From assembly GCA_030824585.1 (NCBI GenBank), contig JAVBXM010000015.1, positions 35,380 to 99,379 of the forward strand: a stretch of DNA of 64,000 nt. The letters are read 5' to 3'. Numbering within the stretch: the first letter of the stretch is position 1; each line of letters starts with the position of its first letter. Shown one piece after another: positions 30,796-37,584 of the stretch. The notes beneath the pieces were generated by a model. That model was not told the origin of the DNA, did no database searches, and saw only the letters and a program-made list of their open reading frames with translations. Position numbers and translations under genes: made by a program. This DNA comes from Phaeospirillum sp. (GTDB lineage Bacteria; Pseudomonadota; Alphaproteobacteria; Rhodospirillales; Magnetospirillaceae).

Positions 30796-31413
30796 TCACT
30801 TGACTGTGGACAAGTATTCCGCAATCTGGGCGATTTCGTCGTCGTTGACCAGATGCATCACCGGCTGCATGGCGTTGGCCTTGCCGTTGGTGCGGGCGCC
30901 GGACTTGATGTCCTTGGTCTGGGCCAGGATATAGGCCTTGTCCTGACCGGCGATGTTGGGATAACCGGGCAGCGGCTTCTTGCCTTCCTTGCCGTGGCAG
31001 GCCACGCAGGTCTTGGTCAGGAACAGGGTCTTGCCCGGATGGGGAGCACCCGCCGGAGCGGCGGCGGCGGCCGGGGCTTCCTTCAGGCTCGCCAGATAGT
31101 CGGCGATGGCCTTGACGTCGGCGTCGGCCAGGTCTTCCACGATGGGCTTCATGGAATCGACGCTCTGGCCGTTGGTGCGGGCGCCGGACTTGATGTCCTT
31201 GATCTGGTTGATCATGTACTCGGCGCTCTGGCCGGCCAGCTTGGGGAAGCCTTCCTGCAGCGGGGTCTTGGCATCCTCGCCATGGCAAGCGGCGCAGCCC
31301 TTGTCGGCATAAAGCGCCTTGCCATCGGCGGCGAGAGCCGGCGCCAGGGAAACGGCGCCGAAAGCCGCGGCCAGGGCCAGGACGGGGAGCTGCCGCTTGA
31401 TGGTCTTGAGCAT
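30796..31413 (-). CDS. Dihaem cytochrome c4-like protein (NosC-like position)
   Basis: 205 aa with a signal peptide and two internally duplicated domains. Each domain has CXXCH (CAACH, CVACH) and the shared motif KDIKSGARTNG. Confidence 0.82.
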   Translation of the reverse strand: MLKTIKRQLPVLALAAAFGAVSLAPALAADGKALYADKGCAACHGEDAKTPLQEGFPKLAGQSAEYMINQIKDIKSGARTNGQSVDSMKPIVEDLADADVKAIADYLASLKEAPAAAAAPAGAPHPGKTLFLTKTCVACHGKEGKKPLPGYPNIAGQDKAYILAQTKDIKSGARTNGKANAMQPVMHLVNDDEIAQIAEYLSTVK

Positions 31414-31476
31414 ATCGGATCCTCTTCGGGGTAGATAAGGCCGAGAGCTGGATCGGGCCAGCCCTTGCGTCCGGTT

Positions 31477-31492
31477 AGTTTCCAGGGAAACT
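31477..31492. promoter_or_regulatory. Palindrome AGTTTCC-AG-GGAAACT upstream of the first cytochrome c gene; GTTTCCAGG recurs at 31539-31547
   Basis: 7-bp perfect arms, centred about 70 bp upstream of the ATG at 31413. The second copy of the 9-mer lies 61 bp away. Function unknown. Confidence 0.3.
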
Positions 31493-31580
31493 ACTCGTGG
31501 GGTGCCGCCGTCCACATGACTTTGGTTAAGTAGGGAACGTTTCCAGGCGGCCGAAACGAAACAGATCAATCGGGCGGTAC

Positions 31581-31616
31581 AAAAAACAAGGCGGAGCGGG
31601 CAAGCCCACCCCGCCT
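31581..31616 (-). terminator. Rho-independent terminator (second of two after nosZ)
   Basis: Minus strand reads AGGCGGGGTGGGCTTGCCCGCTCCGCCTTGTTTTTT, a GC-rich imperfect hairpin followed by a T-tract. Confidence 0.6.
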
Positions 31617-31620
31617 GATT

Positions 31621-31655
31621 TTTGCGAAAAACCGGGGTGGGAAATCCCACCCCGG
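31621..31655 (-). terminator. Rho-independent terminator (first after nosZ)
   Basis: Minus strand reads CCGGGGTGGG-ATTT-CCCACCCCGG then TTTTTCGCAAA, a perfect 10-bp stem. It starts 17 nt after the nosZ stop. Confidence 0.8.
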
Positions 31656-31671
31656 CTTGACGCGGTACCTC

Positions 31672-33978
31672 TTACTTGGCCGGAGCGGCCTCCACCTTCT
31701 TGGCGCCGTTCTGCTCCAGGAAGGTCTTGGCACGCAGGCCGATGTCGGCGGCCTTGACTTGGTACTGGAACCACTGCTCGGCCCACAGGAAGGCGCTGTT
31801 GTAGTCGCCCTTGGCGGCGAACTCTTCAGACTTCTTCTTGTTCTGCTCGGCGTAGCCCAGCTGCTCGGTGGCATCCTCGACCATGGCGACCACCTGCGGG
31901 AAGTCCTTGAAGTTCACGCTGGTGATGTAGCCGACGACGCTGTTGATGACGGCCTGGGTATCGACATTGGCCTTCACGCGGGCGTCGTAGTCCTTCTGGC
32001 CGTAGACCTGGCCTTCCTTGGCCTTGGCGCCGGTCGCCTTGTAGTTGGCCGGCTGGACCAGGAGGTAACCCTCCATCTCCAGGTGCAGGGCCGAGCAGAA
32101 CTCGGTGCAGTAGTAGGGATACACACCGGCCTTGTTGGCCTTGACGGTCAGCGAGGCGGTCTTGCCCGGCTCGATGGACAGGTTGCCGTTGTGCTTGGAG
32201 ATGGCGAAACCATGGGTCTCGTCCTGGGCACGCTCGAGGTTGGTCAGGTGGACGGTGATTTCGTCACCCTCGTTCGCCTCGATGATTTCCGGCGTGATGT
32301 GCGAGCGGATCACGGTGCCGAACACTTCGACCTTGCCCGGCTTCTTCTCGATGCGCTCCTGGCCGGGGCGAACCGCGAACGGCGACTTCTTCTCGGTGCG
32401 GGAGTCGGTGCCGAACGGATAGCGGACGTTGGTCTTCAGCTTGTCGATGGAGATCGACACGGCATAGTGGGGCTCACCCAGCGGCAGCGGCATATCGTAC
32501 AGCAGCTGCATCTTGTCGCCGGAGATATCGATCAGCTGGTGGTTCTGCGGATGCAGCGGACCCACCTGGGCGAAACGATCGATGGCCAGCTTGTTCAGGG
32601 CGATCAGGTACTTGCCCGCCGGCTTGGCGGTGTCGCCCTGCATGGCCATCAGATGGCCGATGTTGTAGTGCACCGACAGCTTGTCGATGACCTTGCCCTC
32701 ACAGTAGTCCCACTTGGCGACCATGGAGTCCACGTACAGCGAGGTGTACGCGACGCAGGGCTTGGAGTCGTACTGGGTGTGGAGCGGGCCGAGACCCAGG
32801 GCGACCTGCTTGTGGGCGACGGTCTCCAGCGCGATGATCGGAATGCCGTACTCGTCCTTGCCCGCGAAAGTCTTGGCGGCAATGGCGGCTTCGATCTTGG
32901 CGACGTCGTAGACGGTGGTGTGGCTGTCCAGCTTGCCGGACACGATCACGAACTTGCCGTCGGGGCTGACATCGACGCCGTGGGGGCTCTTGGGCTCGGG
33001 GACGAGCACCAGGATGCCTTCCTTGACGGCGGTATCGATGGTCAGTACGTTGTGGCCGTTGATCTTCTTGGCCTTGCCGGCCTTGACCAGCTCGGCGGCC
33101 TTCTTCCAGTTGATCACATGCAGGTAGTCGTGGTCCTTGGCCGAGCAGCCCGCTTCGAAGGGCGGACGGCCGCGCTCGATGCCGCCGACATAACGCTCGG
33201 TGCAGAAGGAATTGACGAACGACCAGCCATCCGACGGACCCTTGCCGAAATCGGACAGATCCTGGCTATAGGGCGGCAGTTCGAGGGAGAACGAGTTCTC
33301 GGGCTCGATGCGGCCGTGCTCGCGGTTGAACTTCCAATAGGTCAGCGCACCGCGATACTTCTCGTTGAACTGCTCCAGCGGAGCGAATTCACCACCCAGC
33401 GGAGCGGCATACTGAGCGGCTTCCATCAGGTAGTCGGTGTTCGGGCTGACGAAGGCGCCACCGTGCTCGGACTGCAGGATCGGGTTCTGGACGATCTGCT
33501 TGGTCTCGAAGTCACGCAGATCGATGACCGCGATACGCGGCGTGTTCTTGTCGTTGATAAACAGCCACTGGCCGTCGCTTTCGCCGTTGGTCTCGGACAG
33601 GGCCGGGTGGTGGGTGTCGCCCCACAGCACCTGGCGACCCTGGACCTCGGAGCCCTGCTTCAGCACGGCCTTGGATTCGTCGTCGTAGCCGTAGCCCTGC
33701 CAGGGCTCGGGGGTGAACACGCCAATATACTTCAGGATACGCATGGAGGGCACGGCGTAGGCGATCACCTGACCGCTCTGGCCACCCGAGCTGAACACCA
33801 TGAACTCGTCGAGCTTACCGGTCGGAGTGTAGGTCTTGGCCGCGGCCATCAGGTCATTTTCGGTCAGACCACGGCGCTTCATCACATCCTGCAGCGACTC
33901 AGCCGAAGCTGCGCTGGCCACAAGGGCGCCAAAGCTGACAGTAGCGAGCAGAGTCGCCAGTTTGCGGCTTCTATGCAT
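31672..33978 (-). CDS. nosZ: Nitrous-oxide reductase, clade II (Sec-type signal peptide)
   Basis: 768 aa from the ATG at 33978 (RBS GGTGGGGA). The signal MHRSRKLATLLATVSFGALVASAASA has no twin-arginine. It has the CuA motif YYCTEFCSALHLEM. The CuZ His-rich beta-propeller region matches clade II style (DTHHPALSET, PHGVDVSPDG). Confidence 0.92.
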   Translation of the reverse strand: MHRSRKLATLLATVSFGALVASAASAESLQDVMKRRGLTENDLMAAAKTYTPTGKLDEFMVFSSGGQSGQVIAYAVPSMRILKYIGVFTPEPWQGYGYDDESKAVLKQGSEVQGRQVLWGDTHHPALSETNGESDGQWLFINDKNTPRIAVIDLRDFETKQIVQNPILQSEHGGAFVSPNTDYLMEAAQYAAPLGGEFAPLEQFNEKYRGALTYWKFNREHGRIEPENSFSLELPPYSQDLSDFGKGPSDGWSFVNSFCTERYVGGIERGRPPFEAGCSAKDHDYLHVINWKKAAELVKAGKAKKINGHNVLTIDTAVKEGILVLVPEPKSPHGVDVSPDGKFVIVSGKLDSHTTVYDVAKIEAAIAAKTFAGKDEYGIPIIALETVAHKQVALGLGPLHTQYDSKPCVAYTSLYVDSMVAKWDYCEGKVIDKLSVHYNIGHLMAMQGDTAKPAGKYLIALNKLAIDRFAQVGPLHPQNHQLIDISGDKMQLLYDMPLPLGEPHYAVSISIDKLKTNVRYPFGTDSRTEKKSPFAVRPGQERIEKKPGKVEVFGTVIRSHITPEIIEANEGDEITVHLTNLERAQDETHGFAISKHNGNLSIEPGKTASLTVKANKAGVYPYYCTEFCSALHLEMEGYLLVQPANYKATGAKAKEGQVYGQKDYDARVKANVDTQAVINSVVGYITSVNFKDFPQVVAMVEDATEQLGYAEQNKKKSEEFAAKGDYNSAFLWAEQWFQYQVKAADIGLRAKTFLEQNGAKKVEAAPAK

Positions 33979-34063
33979 CTTCCCCACCTTTTGAATTGTT
34001 GAAACTAAACAAATGTTACCCAACCTTCGCCGAAGACGATGGGACCGGGCCGGGGCAAAAGCC

Positions 34064-34077
34064 TTAACTTTCGTCAA
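34064..34077. promoter_or_regulatory. Candidate FNR/Dnr/NnrR-type box TTAAC-N4-GTCAA in the nosZ / sco divergent promoter
   Basis: One mismatch from the TTGAC-N4-GTCAA palindrome. Centred about 92 bp upstream of the nosZ ATG. Confidence 0.35.
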
Positions 34078-34193
34078 GAAAGCCTGTGTAAATTCCGCGC
34101 GCCCCCGGCATGGCGGCCGGGCTATGATCGCACTTCCCAAATGGCGTGATGAGCGTCATCAAGGAGCGTCACGAGGATAAGGAAGCGACGGAA

Positions 34194-34766
34194 ATGCGGC
34201 GGTTTTTGCTGATACTTCTCATGTTCATGGCGGTGAGTCCGGCGGCCCGCGCCCAGGAGGACAACAAGGTCTCGGGGCGGTTCCTGCTCACCGACATGTC
34301 CGGCCGGACCGTCACCGACGAGATGTACCGGGGCAAGATCCGCCTGGTCACCTTCGGCTACACCTTCTGCCCCGACATCTGCCCCACCATCCTCAACACC
34401 CTGTCGGCGGCGCTGGAGCAGTTGGGGCCGGACAGGGCCAAGGTGGCGACGCTGTTCATCTCGGTGGACCCCGAGCGCGACACGCCGGCCCACCTGAAGG
34501 AATATCTGAACGCCTTCCCCGACATCACCGGCCTGTCGGGGACTCCCGAGCAGGTCGCCGCCGCGGCGCGCAACTTCAAGGTCCGCTACGAGCGCCAGAA
34601 GCCCGAGGGCGACGACCCCAAGGTGTATGCCGTCGACCACAGCGCCTCCATCTTCATCATGGATCGCGAGGGGAATTTCCTGGCCCGCATGCCGCACATG
34701 TCGGCCCCCGACCGCGTGGCGGACCGGGTGCGCACCTACCTCTCCCCCCGCAAGGCGGAGGAATAG
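34194..34766 (+). CDS. SCO1/SenC-family copper chaperone
   Basis: Signal/anchor MRRFLLILLMFMAVSPAARA, the CxxxC motif FCPDICP, and downstream His (AVDHSASIF). The RBS AAGGAAG precedes the ATG at 34194. Confidence 0.88.
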   Translation: MRRFLLILLMFMAVSPAARAQEDNKVSGRFLLTDMSGRTVTDEMYRGKIRLVTFGYTFCPDICPTILNTLSAALEQLGPDRAKVATLFISVDPERDTPAHLKEYLNAFPDITGLSGTPEQVAAAARNFKVRYERQKPEGDDPKVYAVDHSASIFIMDREGNFLARMPHMSAPDRVADRVRTYLSPRKAEE

Positions 34767-34768
34767 GC

Positions 34769-35362
34769 ATGAAGCGCCGCGCCTTCATCCTGTGCGCCAC
34801 CGCCCTGGCCGCCGCCCTATCCCCGATCGCCGCCGCCGGCGCCGCTCCCAAGGGGCAGCGCGGCCTGGTCATTCACGACCGGCCCCGGCCGGTGGCCGCC
34901 ATCGACATCCGCGACGCGGAGTCCAGGGCCGCCGGGCTGGACACCTTGAAGGGCAGGCCGGTGCTGCTCAACCTGTGGGCCAGTTGGTGCATGCCCTGCG
35001 TCGCCGAGCTGCCGGCCCTGGACCGGCTCAAGCCGGCCCTCGACGCCAAGGGAGTCGCCCTGGTCGCCCTGTCGCTGGACCGCAGCGGCAAGGTGGCGGT
35101 GGCCAATACCTTCGCCCGCCTGGGGATCGCAAATCTGGACATCCGCACCGACGAGAACCGCGTGGCGGCGGAAAAGCTGGACGCTCCCGCCCTGCCGGTG
35201 ACCTTGCTGATCGACCGCGAGGGCCGCGAAATCGCCCGCTTCATCGGCGCCGCCGAGTGGGACGGCGCGGCGGCCGCCCGCCTGCTCGACGCCCTGGCGG
35301 CGGGAAGCCCCCTGACCCCGGACATGGCGCCGCCCCCGGTCAGGATGGGAGCGGCTCCATAG
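34769..35362 (+). CDS. TlpA/ResA-like periplasmic thiol:disulfide oxidoreductase
   Basis: Signal peptide and the thioredoxin motif NLWASWCMPCVAELP. The gene starts 2 nt after the sco stop. Confidence 0.85.
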   Translation: MKRRAFILCATALAAALSPIAAAGAAPKGQRGLVIHDRPRPVAAIDIRDAESRAAGLDTLKGRPVLLNLWASWCMPCVAELPALDRLKPALDAKGVALVALSLDRSGKVAVANTFARLGIANLDIRTDENRVAAEKLDAPALPVTLLIDREGREIARFIGAAEWDGAAAARLLDALAAGSPLTPDMAPPPVRMGAAP

Positions 35363-35409
35363 AACGGCGGCGGCTCGCCGCGTGAAGGTCGAGCCGCCCC
35401 GCAAATTCC

Positions 35410-35904
35410 CTATTTGTGGCCGTGGTGCATCATGCCGCCGGGCGTGCCGCCCGGCATGGCGGCGCCGGGAACCATGGCCCCGGGCGCCAGGACCGGCACC
35501 TGGACCACGACCGCCCCCGCCTTTTCGAACTTGAGAGTCACCGGCACGGTGACGCCCTCCTTCACCGGGGCGTTGAGGCCGATGAACATGATGTGGTCGG
35601 CGCCCGGCTTCATCTCGACGGTGCCGTGCTCGGGCACCACCAGGGAGGCGACCTTGCGCATGCGGTAGATGTCGCCGTCCTTCACATGGGTGTGCAGTTC
35701 GACGCTCTTGGAGATGCCGGCCTCGACGGCCAGCAGCCGGTCGGCGCCACCGTGATTGTGAATGGTCATGTAGGCCGCTCCGGTGCCTCCGACCATGGGG
35801 GCGGCCCGCATGAACGGGTTGGCCACTTCCATATCGGCGGCAACCGCCGGGCCGGCGGCGGACAAACCCAGCAGCAGGGCGGCGGCAATGGCAAAGGACT
35901 TCAT
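35410..35904 (-). CDS. Periplasmic copper chaperone PCu(A)C (DUF461) with a Met/His-rich C-terminal tail
   Basis: Signal peptide, AYMTIHNHG...VELHTH...MRKV...HIMFIGL (PCuAC pattern), and the tail GAMVPGAAMPGGTPGGMMHHGHK. Confidence 0.82.
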   Translation of the reverse strand: MKSFAIAAALLLGLSAAGPAVAADMEVANPFMRAAPMVGGTGAAYMTIHNHGGADRLLAVEAGISKSVELHTHVKDGDIYRMRKVASLVVPEHGTVEMKPGADHIMFIGLNAPVKEGVTVPVTLKFEKAGAVVVQVPVLAPGAMVPGAAMPGGTPGGMMHHGHK

Positions 35905-36002
35905 CGACGGAAACTCCGGACAGTAATCAAGCGTGACCGCCCCCGGTGCCGGGATGGCGGAAGGTCAGGATAAGGCATTGCGGGAGCGGGGAAAAGGCGG
36001 CG

Positions 36003-36389
36003 TCAGGCCGCGAGGGCCGGGGGGCCGCGGGCGAAATGGTGGTGGGATGTCTGCCCGTCCATGTGTGACGAAGCGGTCGCGGCGATGCGGAGCCCTGCCG
36101 TACCTGCGGTGGGTACTTTGAAGGTTGGGGACGGCAATGCCCCTTTCGCCGGCGACGCGGCTTGGCACACCAAGCAGCATCCGTGGCTTTCCGACTGCTC
36201 GTCGCCGCCCAGGGGGAACGAAACCGCCGTACGCTCGGTTCCGCCCGCGGGTGACGCGTGGCAGATGCCGGTCCGCGCGGCCAGCGTCACCAGGAGGGTA
36301 TCCCCCCTGAACGCCAGATCGAGACCGGGAAGCAGACCCTGGAAGACGAAGCCCGCCGCCACCAACGCCACCGCCAGCAGCCGTGCCAT
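36003..36389 (-). CDS. DUF2946-like small protein (N-terminal TM helix; ICH...CCLVC motif)
   Basis: 128 aa from the ATG at 36389, MARLLAVALVAAGFVFQGLLP...GICHASP...SHGCCLVCQ...RGPPALAA. This pattern, and the position upstream of PCuAC, are typical of DUF2946. Confidence 0.45.
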   Translation of the reverse strand: MARLLAVALVAAGFVFQGLLPGLDLAFRGDTLLVTLAARTGICHASPAGGTERTAVSFPLGGDEQSESHGCCLVCQAASPAKGALPSPTFKVPTAGTAGLRIAATASSHMDGQTSHHHFARGPPALAA

Positions 36390-36528
36390 GGGGCGGCGGC
36401 TGATGCGGCAGGTCGACAGGGCGGCGCGGGCAGAGCGCAAGGCGATCCTCCTCGGGGTCGGATAACAGGAACGCACGCCTGGCGGCAGCGGACATTGACC
36501 CAGATCAAGTGCGGGAAAAAGCCATGGA

Positions 36529-36954
36529 TCAGCGGCGGGACGCCACGGCGGGACGGCCAAGCGAACCCCCGGCGCGGGAGGCCCGGACATAGGGAGCCAG
36601 CTTGGAATCCTCGCCCAGGATATGGGCCATCACCCATTTGTCCATCAGACTGCGCATGGCCAGGATGAATTCCTCGTGCCCGCCCTTGCCCAGCAGCGGC
36701 AACAGCAGTACATGACGCAGCGCCGCGCCCATTTCAGCATGCAGCCTCTTGTGTCGCGCCAGATCAGGATAGCCGCACTGGACCATGAACTGTTCCTCGC
36801 GGTCGAAGTGCCCGCTGGCCTCGGCCATCAGCCGGGAAGCCGCCGCCTTGGCCGCCTCCAGGGTCCGGCTGGCTTCCAGTTCACGCCACGCGGCGATCAT
36901 GCGATCATGGTCGTCGTCGAGGATCGGGTGTCCGATACTGTAGCTGGCGGCCAT
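36529..36954 (-). CDS. Haemerythrin-like metal-binding protein (single domain)
   Basis: IGHPILDDDHDRMI...HFDREEQFM...YPDLARHKRLHAEM...WVMAHI carries the haemerythrin His/Glu ligands. ATG at 36954, with an alternative GTG at 36966. Confidence 0.75.
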   Translation of the reverse strand: MAASYSIGHPILDDDHDRMIAAWRELEASRTLEAAKAAASRLMAEASGHFDREEQFMVQCGYPDLARHKRLHAEMGAALRHVLLLPLLGKGGHEEFILAMRSLMDKWVMAHILGEDSKLAPYVRASRAGGSLGRPAVASRR

Positions 36955-37047
36955 GTCCACCCCCACGGAAGTACAAGAGAATCATCCCCCAAATACAGCG
37001 AACGAACAAACGCCAGTCTGTGACGCATTCCTGCCGCCTCATGACGG

Positions 37048-37059
37048 TTTGACGTCAAA
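37048..37059. promoter_or_regulatory. Perfect 12-bp palindrome TTTGACGTCAAA, with further TGACG copies at 37021 and 37042
   Basis: Lies in the divergent intergenic region between the haemerythrin gene (-) and the 37113 ORF / c-di-GMP genes (+). Confidence 0.35.
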
Positions 37060-37112
37060 TCCATACCGATCGGCGTAGAAGAATTCGCCAAACACATCGA
37101 AAGCCATAGCCT

Positions 37113-37493
37113 ATGTCCTCTTATGCCTTCTTCTCCTCCATGCTCCGCTTTATCGCCGCCAAGACCGAGGCGGCCGTTCCCGCCGCGCCGGATGCACGGA
37201 CGGCGGACATGATGGTGATCCTGCGCCGCATCGCCGATACGGTGGAGCGGGAGCCGGGCTTCGAGATTCCCGGGGATGGCCTGGAGCTGAGCGCCCGGGC
37301 CCTGGCCGGCTTTGCCGCTCTCCTGCAAAAGAGCATCCTTCCCGAGGCGGTGGCCCACGGGAACAAGGCCGGCGAGGCCCAGGTCCGCTGGGCGGTGGAT
37401 TCCGCCATGGACGCCGTCAACACCCTGCTGTCGCGGGCGGCGCTGCAGGAGGGCCAGCCGGTGCGCGTCACCCTGCCCCCGCCCCCGGCATGA
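37113..37493 (+). CDS. Hypothetical protein (no recognised domain)
   Basis: 126-aa ORF with an ATG start and consistently GC-rich third codon positions by hand inspection. It lies upstream of the EAL gene on the same strand. Confidence 0.4.
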   Translation: MSSYAFFSSMLRFIAAKTEAAVPAAPDARTADMMVILRRIADTVEREPGFEIPGDGLELSARALAGFAALLQKSILPEAVAHGNKAGEAQVRWAVDSAMDAVNTLLSRAALQEGQPVRVTLPPPPA

Positions 37494-37584
37494 TACGTAA
37501 TCCACCTTATCCTTGCCCCGCGACCATCGGGCATGGTTCACTGTCTATTCATATATTCGGATATTTCGCGGAGCGGACGAAGGC

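Noticed and set aside
33979-34140. Upstream extension of nosZ to 822 aa (start at 34140).
   Set aside because: The ATG at 33978 is preceded by a good RBS and immediately encodes a signal peptide. The extension would run through the AT-rich promoter region and the candidate FNR box.
35369-35398. Hairpin GGCGGCTCG-N12-CGAGCCGCC between the convergent tlpA-like and PCuAC genes, considered as a bidirectional terminator.
   Set aside because: The stem is real, but there is no U-tract on either strand. It is mentioned in a finding but not listed as a terminator feature.
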